The notes under the pieces are model-generated. The model saw only the letters and a list, made by a program, of their open reading frames with translations, had not been told where the DNA came from and ran no database searches. This document shows, piece by piece, positions 44,253-54,022 of a DNA stretch of 64,000 nucleotides; within the stretch, counting starts at the first letter, position 1; each line of letters begins with the position of its first letter. The stretch spans positions 1,312,001-1,376,000 of the forward strand of contig CBDANS010000006.1 of assembly GCA_965197745.1 (NCBI GenBank), in the 5' to 3' direction. Both the position numbers and the translations under genes were made by a program. This DNA comes from Opitutales bacterium (GTDB taxonomy: Bacteria > Verrucomicrobiota > Verrucomicrobiia > Opitutales > PNEW01).

Positions 44253-44409
44253 CCTTTATCGCCCTATTAGAAACTAATCCGTGTAATCCGCGGTATTATT
44301 AAACTTTTTGCTTTCTCTCTCTCTCTTGTGCCTTTTGTGGCCAACTCTTTCTTTTGGCTATTCACCAATCAGCAATTGATATTAAATCTATTCTCTAACT
44401 ACAATTAAA

Positions 44410-45291
44410 TCACTTAATTTCAAATAGAGACCTCTGTTCATTTGAAATTATCAAACTGTTATCGTAAAAGCAGATACCTTCACAGGTTTTTCCGTTATTA
44501 AAAGGAAGCCATGATATTTTACCTTTAAAATAATCATCGGATCCATTCATGGTCTCAAACAGCCATACCGCACGATAAGTCAGAACGGTTAATTTACTGC
44601 CGTCGGAATTAGCATCCGCCGCGGTTACCTGGCTTCGTGTCTTAAATGAAGAGAGTAATTGAAGGACATTGACGGAGTCGGTATTTAAAGTATCGAATCG
44701 GTACAGCTTGGTGTTGTCATCTGCTCTATGTTTACTGAGTATATAAAGCTTATTCTTTGCATGGAATAATGCTTCAGCGTCAAAATTAAGTTTCTTTGCT
44801 GGATACTCTTTTTGGTCCGGATAGACAAAAGGTATCTTGAAAAGAATTCTCGTATTGTACCTTTCGTAAGGATTGGGTTCAGTGAGGATATAGATCGCTA
44901 AATCGCGTCTCGCATTGGCATTGTTTCCAAAGGCTCCGATGATAAGATTTTTGTTGTCATCCATGGTGATATCTTCCCAGTCGACATTGACCGCATCGAG
45001 TATGATAACGCCCTCGTAAGGTTTATCACTCCATGAAGGAGCTATAATACTCCTGTCTTTTTTCACCGGAAATATACGCGCCATATCTCCGGAATCATTG
45101 TGAGTCCATATCACTTCTGGCCAGAGTCTGCTTCTCACGATCCCCGACGACTCTTTTATCGGTTCAAAATTCAAGTTACCAGTGGCCTTTAATTCTACTG
45201 GTTCTACATCGGGTAAAGATAACGAATCATTTGCCTCCCCCCATGATATTAGAATAAAGGAGAGGACTAATAAAAATAGAGATTTATTCAT
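44410..45291 (-). CDS. Secreted hypothetical protein, probable beta-propeller
   Basis: Signal peptide; ESSGI, WTHNDSG, NVDWEDI, FDAEA, VTAAD, CEGIC. Confidence 0.7.
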   Translation of the reverse strand: MNKSLFLLVLSFILISWGEANDSLSLPDVEPVELKATGNLNFEPIKESSGIVRSRLWPEVIWTHNDSGDMARIFPVKKDRSIIAPSWSDKPYEGVIILDAVNVDWEDITMDDNKNLIIGAFGNNANARRDLAIYILTEPNPYERYNTRILFKIPFVYPDQKEYPAKKLNFDAEALFHAKNKLYILSKHRADDNTKLYRFDTLNTDSVNVLQLLSSFKTRSQVTAADANSDGSKLTVLTYRAVWLFETMNGSDDYFKGKISWLPFNNGKTCEGICFYDNSLIISNEQRSLFEIK

Positions 45292-45304
45292 TTGAGATAC
45301 TTAT

Positions 45305-46481
45305 TATTGCCGGTTTTTAACCACGAATGAACACGAATAGGAATTTAAAGGTAAAGAGATAGGCACGAGGGCGATTAAAATAGAATGGAGAGCCACGCGT
45401 TAACTGTCGGCCATAGCCCACCGGGCGACGGATGATCATGGCCGTTATTATGCATTGTCATTGCGAGGATCCCGTATCTGCGGGGACGAAGCAATCCAGA
45501 AATTATGACTCAATATATATGTTGTGATTACCACTGTGAATATCTTTTATTTTGAATCATGGATCTTTCATCCCAAATTCGAATAATTATCATACCTAGG
45601 TGAATAGGAAAACAATGAGATATAAACTCCTCTGCGTATTCTTCTTATTTATCTCGGGTTGTTACACTGTACCTGAGACGGGCCGTAGCGCACTTAGCTT
45701 TATTCCCGATGCAGAATTAAAAGCGTTGTCTCTCCAGGAGTTCTCACGGTTAAAAATGACAGAAAGGATTTCCAGAAATTATGAAATGAACAATCGGGTA
45801 GAACGCATTGGGCATAATATCGCCCGGGTAGTGGGCAAGGATATCCCCGGTGCGGAATGGGAATTTGTCGTATTTGAGAACGACAATTTGATTAATGCTT
45901 TTGCCTTAGCGGGAGGTAAAGTGGGTGTCTATACCGGAATGCTTAAGATCGCGACTACTGACGATCTGCTAGCTACGGTCATTGGACATGAAATTGCGCA
46001 CGTTTCCGCTAAGCATGGCAATGAACGCCTTTCTCAGGGATTGTTAGTTGAGTTGGTTGGTAGTGGTTTAGAATCTGCGTTGGAAGATGACGACAGTGAT
46101 GAAAATAAGGAAAAAACCCGCCAGGCGATACTAAATGCCTATGGGTTGGGATCAATGGTAGGATACCTCCTACCATTCAGCCGACTTCAGGAAAATGAAG
46201 CCGATCATATAGGAGTACTCTACGCCGCTCGTGCCGGCTACGATCCTAGGGCTGCAATTGAATTGTGGCAAATGATGTCCAATAAGAAAAATTATTCTCC
46301 TCCTGCTTTTCTTACCTCACACCCGGCAGATCAGACCCGTATCAACAGGTTAAAAGAAAACCTGCCATTTGCCATGCGTGAATACGAAGCTGCGCGGGCA
46401 AGAGAATAATGGGCGAGAATATTGCCGATTTTTAATCACGAATGAACACGAATAGGAATTTAAAGGTAAAGAGACAGGCAC
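45305..46481 (+). repeat. 62-bp direct repeats (45305-45366, 46420-46481) flanking the M48 gene
   Basis: TATTGCCG(G/A)TTTTTAA(C/T)CACGAATGAACACGAATAGGAATTTAAAGGTAAAGAGA(T/C)AGGCAC, 3 mismatches. Confidence 0.9.
45615..46409 (+). CDS. M48 family metallopeptidase lipoprotein
   Basis: Lipobox ISGC; NAFALAGG, HEIAH, SRLQENEAD, AGYDP, LTSHP. Confidence 0.9.
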   Translation: MRYKLLCVFFLFISGCYTVPETGRSALSFIPDAELKALSLQEFSRLKMTERISRNYEMNNRVERIGHNIARVVGKDIPGAEWEFVVFENDNLINAFALAGGKVGVYTGMLKIATTDDLLATVIGHEIAHVSAKHGNERLSQGLLVELVGSGLESALEDDDSDENKEKTRQAILNAYGLGSMVGYLLPFSRLQENEADHIGVLYAARAGYDPRAAIELWQMMSNKKNYSPPAFLTSHPADQTRINRLKENLPFAMREYEAARARE

Positions 46482-46544
46482 CGCGCGTCCCTCCATTCTC
46501 CTAATCTTTCATTTATTTTTTTCCTCTTGGGGCTATTAAGAATC

Positions 46545-47567
46545 TTACTCTTCGATCTTATCTATCATACTGTTGAAGGTCTCATCATCAAGCTTACGAT
46601 GGTGAAACCAGTTTTGCGAATTCCCGAGTATGTCATTCAGCTCATTGATGCGGTTAAGCACCTCTCTTACCTCGACGCGCGTGGTGCCGATATCTTTTGG
46701 ACGATAGCGCACGTGACAGGTATCGAGCAAAGCCTTCGTCTCGTCAAAACGCCAATCGCAGAGGTAATTGTTGATCAAGGTCCCCAGTGCTACGCTCTCA
46801 GCGTGCAAGAGTTCGCGTCTAAGGACCCACTCGAAGGCAATGGTGAAGACGTGATCAAGACTGTGCGCGATTTTCGGATTCCAGGTCGGCAGGTCGTAGC
46901 GTTCGCGATTGATCTCTGCGGCGACTCGAATGCCCGTCTCGTGGGGTTGTCCGTTTGCGTCCATGTCATTACTGAACTGACCTGCCCGCTCTTTTACCCA
47001 ATGGATGGTGGTTTCAGCCATGGCTTCGTCCCAGGGATGCCCTTCAAGTCCCTGATCGGTCCACCAACGCCAGGCGCCGACAATTGCCATATGGCAGATG
47101 CACTCGCCCATCCCCGCGCAGTTGAGCCGGGGCGGCGCCGAGCGGATGACCCCCGTGTCAAAAAGGAGGTACTCGGGGGATATCGCCTGTTTATGAAAAT
47201 CCCAGGTGTCCGGGTGACGCACTGCGAACAAGCCCTGGAATACTGAACCTGTCGAAACGATAGTGGGTATCATGATCAGCGGTTTGTCCAGTTTCCAGGC
47301 GACATATTTACCCACGTCCAGAGCGTTGCCGCCACCGATCGCTACCACCTGTTCGGCATCCGGCAGAGGCGGAACCAAATCGTCAAGATAAGCCGCACGC
47401 ATCCCCTGCTGGAATTCCAGGTGCCGGGGTGTGTGAGGGAAGAAATGTTCAACGTGAGACCACGCGCTGGGCGAGGTGATCGCAAGGTAAGATTCGTACT
47501 GGGGACCATGCTCTTTAAGCAGATCCGACCCGTAACGTGCATCCCAATCTGCTGATTTTCGATTCAT
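46545..47567 (-). CDS. Glycerol-1-phosphate dehydrogenase / dehydroquinate synthase-like oxidoreductase
   Basis: AIGGGNALDVGKY, IPTIVS, HSLDH, LLHAESVALG. Confidence 0.7.
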   Translation of the reverse strand: MNRKSADWDARYGSDLLKEHGPQYESYLAITSPSAWSHVEHFFPHTPRHLEFQQGMRAAYLDDLVPPLPDAEQVVAIGGGNALDVGKYVAWKLDKPLIMIPTIVSTGSVFQGLFAVRHPDTWDFHKQAISPEYLLFDTGVIRSAPPRLNCAGMGECICHMAIVGAWRWWTDQGLEGHPWDEAMAETTIHWVKERAGQFSNDMDANGQPHETGIRVAAEINRERYDLPTWNPKIAHSLDHVFTIAFEWVLRRELLHAESVALGTLINNYLCDWRFDETKALLDTCHVRYRPKDIGTTRVEVREVLNRINELNDILGNSQNWFHHRKLDDETFNSMIDKIEE

Positions 47568-47650
47568 GTGATTATCGATTGGTTCTAGAGAATGTTTTTT
47601 GGCTAATTAGGCTTATTGAAAATAGTAATATGACCGATTTCTATATCTAT

Positions 47651-48014
47651 ATGAACCCTGATGTGATGAAGAAACGGACAAAAGCTTTTGCTATGCGGAT
47701 ACTATGGACAGTGGAACATTTACCTAAGGCTACAACAGCAGGAATTATAGGCAATCAAATCCTCCGAAGCGGAACCTCTGTGGCTGCGAATTACAGGTCA
47801 GCGTGCCGGGCAAGAAGTAAAGTAGAGTTTATTGCAAAATTTTGGAATTGCTGAAGAAGAATCCGATGAAACACTATTTTGGCTGGAACTTATTGAAGAG
47901 TCGAAAATGATTCCCTCTAAGCAGCTAAAAGATATCAAACAAGAGGCTACCGAAATTACTGCAATGATTGTTTCTTCACGTAAATCGGCCAGAGCAAGTG
48001 TTAATCATAAATGA
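47651..48014 (+). pseudogene. Four-helix-bundle (23S rRNA intervening-sequence-like) protein, frameshifted
   Basis: RTKAFA..NQILRSGTSVAANYRSACRARSKVEFIAK continues as GIAEEESDETLFWLEL in another frame at AAAATTTTGG (~47836-47845). Confidence 0.8.
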
Positions 48015-48062
48015 TTCCTCAATTGCTTTATTTATTCTTCTCAATCGAAAATCGGCAATTGA

Positions 48063-49853
48063 TTACTGAGCTATGCTCAGTGAGGCCATGAAGCGGGCGG
48101 TAATCCAGAGGCTGAAAATAAGGAAAATACAGCAAGCGGTTAGCCAAAGCGCTCCGCGGTAATACCAACCGAGGCCGGGTTCCACGAGCGTTTCGATGGA
48201 ACTCCCGGGCCCGCAAAGTTTGTAAGCGCGATATGAATTATATAAATCTTCCAATCCGGCGGCGTCGATTTTTTCGTCAAAATCCAATTCCTTGGTATCG
48301 CCGTGTTTTTCCATCATTGGCAATCGGATTCCTACCTCTTTCAATCGGTTATCTTCTCCCAGGGGTGTGTTGAGTATGCAGTAAAAACGGTGAAGCAACA
48401 CATCCGGTTCCGGACGCGTCAGGATACTTACAATAGTGATCGCAGTAACGGAAACGATAGCCGGAGCGAAGACCGTAATGACAAAAGTATTTTCTTTCCA
48501 GAATGACATCCAGGTGGACAAATTAATGTCCGTATTGGGTGAGTAGTGGGCATTTGTATATTGGGTTATGAGCTGGCAAATAAAATAAGTGATCAGGCTT
48601 AATCCGAAACTGGCCCAGGTGCCTTGGCGGTTGGTGCGATTCCAGACAATGCCGAAAAAGAGAGGAATAGCTATAATGAGCCCAAAGGGGGTGAAGAACT
48701 TTATAAACACCTGGAGATTATCGAACTGCAATGCCATCCAACAGGAGAGAATGACAACAATAACACTCAATATACGGGCAGCGAGCAGATAAAAGTCGGA
48801 ACTGCGGTGGGGTAACAAACGTTTTCTGAAAAGATAGTCGACAATGATAGCGGCATTAGATGCGGATATAGTATCCATTGATGACATCAATGCCGCAAAG
48901 AAGCTGGCGATAAGAAGGCCGAGCAATCCCGTTGGCAGCAAGTCTTTCATGACAATTCCCCATGCCTGTTCGGGGTCGGCGAGATGAGGATTGTAGAGAA
49001 AAAATAAAAGACCATAGACGGCAAAGAGAATGGTGATCGTTCGTTTCCAGAGGTGTCCCCAACCGCATTGTGTCGCCGCACGCTCATTTTTACCAACGAC
49101 GATTAAGCTGAAAAGAATGGGTGTGGCCACGGCGCCGAAAGTACTGGCAAAAATAAGAGCAAAAATGTCTCGCGCCGGCAATTGTTTCGAATCCAGCGAC
49201 CAGTACTCTGGCGGTAATTGGCGAAGACCTTCAAAACCGTCAGCGGCTTGCCATAAAAAAGGCAGGAGAAGAAAACAGAATGCGGTCAAGGTCATGATTC
49301 CCTGAAACATATCGGTAAAGAGGGATGCCATCATACCCCCTGAACCTATGTACGCCGCCACCACCAAACCCGAGATGATTACCGTGTGCTCAACCGAAAG
49401 ACCGGTCAGTCCGGCTATGACCTTGCCACCCGCTAGAGCGAATAAACCGACATTGGCCAGAACAATGACAATGACCAGAAGCGCATAGACAGTGGCCACG
49501 TTCGGACCGTATCGCATTTCAAAAAATTCAGCAGGATTCAGCACGCGTGAGCGCTTATAAATAGGGGCGAAGAGATAATAGACGATGATACCAAAAAGAC
49601 CTGCCCACCAGTACCAGATACCGGAAAGACCGCTTTCATAGGATGCTCCAGCAACGACCACCGCTTCGGCACCGCCGACCACGGATGCGAAGACAAAAAT
49701 GAACGCAACCACTGGACCCCATTTACCCCCTGCGATGAAGAAATCACTAAGGGTTTTTGTCTTCTTCTTCCCCACCACCACACCAAGGAATGTTACAATG
49801 AGAAAATATGCTGCCAGGACTGCGAGATCGAGAGGGTGAAGATCAATATCCAC
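48063..49853 (-). CDS. Sodium:solute symporter family protein
   Basis: LSDFFIAG, EFFEMRYG, GGMMASLFTDMFQG, GLLIASFFAALMSSMD. Confidence 0.88.
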   Translation of the reverse strand: MDIDLHPLDLAVLAAYFLIVTFLGVVVGKKKTKTLSDFFIAGGKWGPVVAFIFVFASVVGGAEAVVVAGASYESGLSGIWYWWAGLFGIIVYYLFAPIYKRSRVLNPAEFFEMRYGPNVATVYALLVIVIVLANVGLFALAGGKVIAGLTGLSVEHTVIISGLVVAAYIGSGGMMASLFTDMFQGIMTLTAFCFLLLPFLWQAADGFEGLRQLPPEYWSLDSKQLPARDIFALIFASTFGAVATPILFSLIVVGKNERAATQCGWGHLWKRTITILFAVYGLLFFLYNPHLADPEQAWGIVMKDLLPTGLLGLLIASFFAALMSSMDTISASNAAIIVDYLFRKRLLPHRSSDFYLLAARILSVIVVILSCWMALQFDNLQVFIKFFTPFGLIIAIPLFFGIVWNRTNRQGTWASFGLSLITYFICQLITQYTNAHYSPNTDINLSTWMSFWKENTFVITVFAPAIVSVTAITIVSILTRPEPDVLLHRFYCILNTPLGEDNRLKEVGIRLPMMEKHGDTKELDFDEKIDAAGLEDLYNSYRAYKLCGPGSSIETLVEPGLGWYYRGALWLTACCIFLIFSLWITARFMASLSIAQ

Positions 49854-50025
49854 TTTTCAATTGTCGATTGCCGATTGATTAATTATACTAACCGCTGAGT
49901 CGCAGGGTTCGCCGAGATTTTTTAATTTGGGATTTCTTTTTCTTGGGTTTAAAGCTTTTTACTCTGCGTTCTCCGTGTCTCTGCGGTATATTTCTTCAAT
50001 CAATAATAGGCAATGGTATGTGAAA

Positions 50026-51282
50026 TCAGAAATTAAGCAGGCGAATACTCAGGTAACTGAGTAAGCCGACCGAACACGCGGCCACTAATCCTACTAGAAG
50101 GGGTTTCAGACCAAGGGTTTTTATTTTAGAAAAACTTGTACTCAGCCCAAGCGAAGCCATAGCGAGCGTTAAACACCAGGTCACCACGGAGTGAGCTCCC
50201 ATTAAAAAATTATCCCAGGATTCCTGAGTGAAAACGGCAAAAGGTTTATCGCCGATATCGCCAAGAGAACGTATTATAGCCATGCATACAAAGACCACTA
50301 CGAATAGAGGGACCATTTGATGCCAGCGCGGGGGCTTCGTTTCAGAGGATTGTTCGCTGTCTTGCGCGCGCTGATAAAGCAGGGCCATAGTAGGTATCAC
50401 TACAATCATAAACAGGTTGCGAATTAATTTTGTGACCGTTGCCTCATCGAGAACCTGTGGCTCGAGATAGTGTTGCGCGTAAATTAATCCGGCTCCCGTG
50501 ACCTGTGAGGTATCGTGGATAGCGGTGCCCAGGAAGACACCGGCTTGATGAGCGTTTCCATCAAAAATCCAATGGGCGAAGTAGGGATAGAGAACGAGAC
50601 CGCACAATCCGTATAAGGTTACACAAGCAACGGCATAACTGACTTCATCTTCTTTTGCTTTAATCCCCACGGAAGCGGCAACTACCGCGCTTACTCCGCA
50701 TATGCTGGTCCCGACGGCTATCAGGGTCCCCAGGCGTGGCGGTAAATGTAATAGTCGTGTGAGCCCTGATACAATGAGTAGTGCGCCAATGATGCTAATA
50801 ACCACCACGGGCAGGCTATTTATTCCAATTTGCCCGATTGCAGCCATACTCAACCGCAATCCCAGCAGAGCAATACCAATTCTGAGGAGTCGCCTTACAC
50901 AAAAAACTAACCCGGGGACGTATTCGTCGGGAACCCCGATAATATTCCTGAAAGCAATACCGAAAATAATTATGAGCACGATCGGGCTTAAAGGGCTTTT
51001 TTCAAATCCCATAATCGTAATCCCCAACCAACTTGATATAATTCTGGCGAAGCTAGCCAGAACCAGAGCTAAAATGATTCCCGGAATAAGACCTGATAGA
51101 TCTGATAAAAATTTAAATAGTGCCGTGTCCGCTTTTTGCTCTTCAGGTATTGTCGTATCAATTCCGGCAAAATTGTCCCAATCCAAATCGCCCTCCATAC
51201 TTGCGAGAGAATTAGCCTGCTCGAGACTGAGATCAGCAAACCTTCTCTTCTGTCTGCTTAGGTTGCTGAGCTTACTATTCAT
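50026..51282 (-). CDS. YeiH/putative sulfate exporter family membrane protein
   Basis: LLRIGIALLG, GTSICGVSAV, GTAIHDTSQV, TKLIRN; start moved to ATG 51282 so as not to overlap the tRNA. Confidence 0.85.
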   Translation of the reverse strand: MNSKLSNLSRQKRRFADLSLEQANSLASMEGDLDWDNFAGIDTTIPEEQKADTALFKFLSDLSGLIPGIILALVLASFARIISSWLGITIMGFEKSPLSPIVLIIIFGIAFRNIIGVPDEYVPGLVFCVRRLLRIGIALLGLRLSMAAIGQIGINSLPVVVISIIGALLIVSGLTRLLHLPPRLGTLIAVGTSICGVSAVVAASVGIKAKEDEVSYAVACVTLYGLCGLVLYPYFAHWIFDGNAHQAGVFLGTAIHDTSQVTGAGLIYAQHYLEPQVLDEATVTKLIRNLFMIVVIPTMALLYQRAQDSEQSSETKPPRWHQMVPLFVVVFVCMAIIRSLGDIGDKPFAVFTQESWDNFLMGAHSVVTWCLTLAMASLGLSTSFSKIKTLGLKPLLVGLVAACSVGLLSYLSIRLLNF

Positions 51283-51312
51283 GGGTGCGAGTAGGTCTAT
51301 AAAGCGAAAAGG

Positions 51313-51388
<76 letters not shown>

Positions 51389-51677
51389 ATGTTCTCCGCT
51401 TGGAAATTTGTGGATATAGACAAAATCTCCTTATTCCGTCAATTATCGATTATCGAATGTTTTCTGAAGATTTACCGCTGAGACGCAAAGGGCGCTGAGA
51501 AATTAGTTTAGAATTTACTAAAGCTGATTTTCAAACCTTTAACTTTACGTGCTCCAATGCTTTGCGGTGATTCAAAGCATCCTAACCGCGAATAACACGG
51601 ATTGATACGGATGGAGAGGTATAGAGTGTAAAATTCACGAATATAAAATAGCTAAAAAAACATAGACAAAGAGGGGT

Positions 51678-51831
51678 TTTCGTCGGGCAGAGAATCACCT
51701 GTGCTATGCGCAAAAGCGCATTTTGAACTGGCTACTTACGAATATACACAACGAGTTGCGTATATTCGTAAGTAGTCGTTTTTGTACTCGCAAACGCGAG
51801 TGAAGCACAGGTGATTCTCTGCCCGACGAAA
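51678..51831. mobile_element. ~154-bp palindromic MITE-like element, copy 2
   Basis: Perfect 28-bp terminal inverted repeat TTTCGTCGGGCAGAGAATCACCTGTGCT plus three internal hairpins. Confidence 0.7.
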
Positions 51832-51928
51832 CCCTTAATCTACTTATCCGCATAATTCGTTTAATCTGCGGTATTAAACTCTGCGTCCTCCGCGTCTCTG
51901 CGGTAAATCTCTTTAATTCGCAATCGGC

Positions 51929-52915
51929 TCACTTTTTTCCTCGAAAGAGGATTTTACCGAAGCGAGGTTGAATGGCATGGTCAAGAGCCTTTTTGAAATC
52001 GGATAAATTATACCATTCCTCTACTTTGGTGGAGAGGGTTCCCTCCTTAATGAGTTCATAAATATTCATGAACATGGAATCTATTTCCTCTTTAGAATGG
52101 GTGTGCATCCAGTGGTCCAACCAAAAACCAACCAGTTTCATCTTGTTGAATATCAAATAACGAGTGGGGTACCGCACGGGTTCAAAACTCATGGCGCCGA
52201 AAGTAACATGTGTCCCCCCGAAAGAGAGGGCTTTAACAAGATTAGTCGCGCTGTTCCCCCCGACGGAATTTAAGGCGAGCCGAATGACCTTATCCCCGGT
52301 AATTTCATTTATCGATTTCCAGTATTCATCCGTTTCGGATTTTACAACATGCGCCCCCATCTCAATGAGCCTATCAGCCAGCTCTATACGACGTACGATG
52401 TTAAAAGTCTTGAAGCCTAACTTTTTCGCGAGTTGAATAACAAACATACCTACAGCCGAATTTGCAGCGTTTTGAATGATCCAATCACCCGGATTCAGAT
52501 CGACAAAGTCATGAAGCAACCGCCACGCCGTCGTTGGATTAATAAAAATGGTCGCTGCCATTTCGAGAGGTAGCCCCTCGGGTAAAGCGGTTAATGCTTT
52601 TGCCTCTGCGACACAGGATTCCTGCCAGGTGCCGAGTAATTCCGGAAATTGCACCCATTGGCCAGCTGTCAGATGTTTCACGTTCTGGCCCACCTCGACG
52701 ATTTCTCCCACTCCTTCACGACCGGCTACCGCGGGAAGTTCTTTATTTCGACCGTAGCTTCCCATTATCATGCCGAAATCCGACGGGTTAATAGGCGAGG
52801 CCAACATCTGAATGTGTACCTGGTCTGGTCCGACTTCAGGTAAGGATACTTCCTCTGCAGTAAGACACTCAGCGGGATTACCGCACTGATAGTATCGGAT
52901 AGCTAGGGCAGACAT
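51929..52915 (-). CDS. 2-enoyl thioester reductase-like (MDR family) oxidoreductase
   Basis: LASPINPSD, GREGVG, INPTTAW, IQNAANSAVG, LALNSVGG. Confidence 0.85.
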   Translation of the reverse strand: MSALAIRYYQCGNPAECLTAEEVSLPEVGPDQVHIQMLASPINPSDFGMIMGSYGRNKELPAVAGREGVGEIVEVGQNVKHLTAGQWVQFPELLGTWQESCVAEAKALTALPEGLPLEMAATIFINPTTAWRLLHDFVDLNPGDWIIQNAANSAVGMFVIQLAKKLGFKTFNIVRRIELADRLIEMGAHVVKSETDEYWKSINEITGDKVIRLALNSVGGNSATNLVKALSFGGTHVTFGAMSFEPVRYPTRYLIFNKMKLVGFWLDHWMHTHSKEEIDSMFMNIYELIKEGTLSTKVEEWYNLSDFKKALDHAIQPRFGKILFRGKK

Positions 52916-53019
52916 TTCAATTTTCGATTTGCGATTGGCGATTGAACCTGGCTGTTATTAAAACTGATACTTGTATCATACCTCGTGGATCCTGAATCGT
53001 GCATCCTGCATCTTGTTAT

Positions 53020-53811
53020 TCAAATCGTCATCGAAGAAAACCCACCGTCTACGACAAATTCGCTGCCGGTGATGAAGGACCCTGCCTGATCACTGGCCAT
53101 AAGTATTGTCGCACCAATAAGTTCACTGGCTTCGCCAAACCGACTCATGGGCGTGTGGCGCATTATATTTTCGAGCCTTTCGCCCACCAGATATTTACGA
53201 TTCAAGTCGGTGGGAAAGAAACCGGGGACAAGCGTATTCACGCGGATATTATGGGGGGCCCATTCGCGAGCGAGATTTTTGGAAATATTGTGAACAGCTG
53301 CCTTTGTAGCGGAGTAGGTAAAAACGCGAGAAAGCGGGATGAGCCCCGACATCGAGCCGATATTAATCATGCTGCCCGTAATTTTATTTTCTATCATGTA
53401 ACTACCGAATATCTGGCTCGTGAAAATAATCGATTTCAAGTTGATGTTGAGAATATTTTCAAGTTCATCTTCTTGAATATCGACAAAAGGTGTGGGAGCG
53501 GTAGTACCCGCACCATTTACAAGGATGTCCACTTTTCCTGATTTTTTTATCACCCGCGTGAGCAATTCTTTGACTTCTTCTTTTTGGGTAACGTCAGCGC
53601 GTTCAAAGTAGGCTTTATCCTGGAATTGATGAATATTTTTAAGACGCGCTACAGCTTTCTCTTCGTCGCGTCCAACAAGCACTACTTCAGCGCCAGCGCC
53701 GGCCAATCCTTCAGCCATCGCCCCGCAGAGCACCCCCGTGCCCCCGATAATAACCGCCGTTTTTCCCTCGAGTCCGAAAAGTTTGTTTAAATATTCCAGG
53801 TTATTATTCAC
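53020..53811 (-). CDS. SDR oxidoreductase (gluconate 5-dehydrogenase/KduD-like)
   Basis: [39 protein letters not shown]. Confidence 0.85.
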   Translation of the reverse strand: MNNNLEYLNKLFGLEGKTAVIIGGTGVLCGAMAEGLAGAGAEVVLVGRDEEKAVARLKNIHQFQDKAYFERADVTQKEEVKELLTRVIKKSGKVDILVNGAGTTAPTPFVDIQEDELENILNINLKSIIFTSQIFGSYMIENKITGSMINIGSMSGLIPLSRVFTYSATKAAVHNISKNLAREWAPHNIRVNTLVPGFFPTDLNRKYLVGERLENIMRHTPMSRFGEASELIGATILMASDQAGSFITGSEFVVDGGFSSMTI

Positions 53812-54022
53812 CGCAGAGGCGCAAAGAGCGCAGAGTTAATTTTTTAGATTTTTGTTTTAGTAATATTCGAAATTTAATTATCAACGAGCTCAGCAAATTG
53901 GCAATTAATACTTATTTCTCACCGCTGAGTTCGAACAACAAAAAGAAAAGCCATATTATCAAGAAAAGAAAACCCTAAATTAAAAGTCTCAGCACCTCAG
54001 CTGTTAACGACTAATATTCATC

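Noticed and set aside
44385..44420. Possible small frameshift at the 3' end of the secreted protein (alternative tail LSDLIVVRE)
   Set aside because: It affects only a few residues and cannot be supported without homolog alignment.
46527..47246. 239-aa + strand ORF
   Set aside because: Antisense shadow of the dehydrogenase at 46545-47567 with no recognisable motifs.
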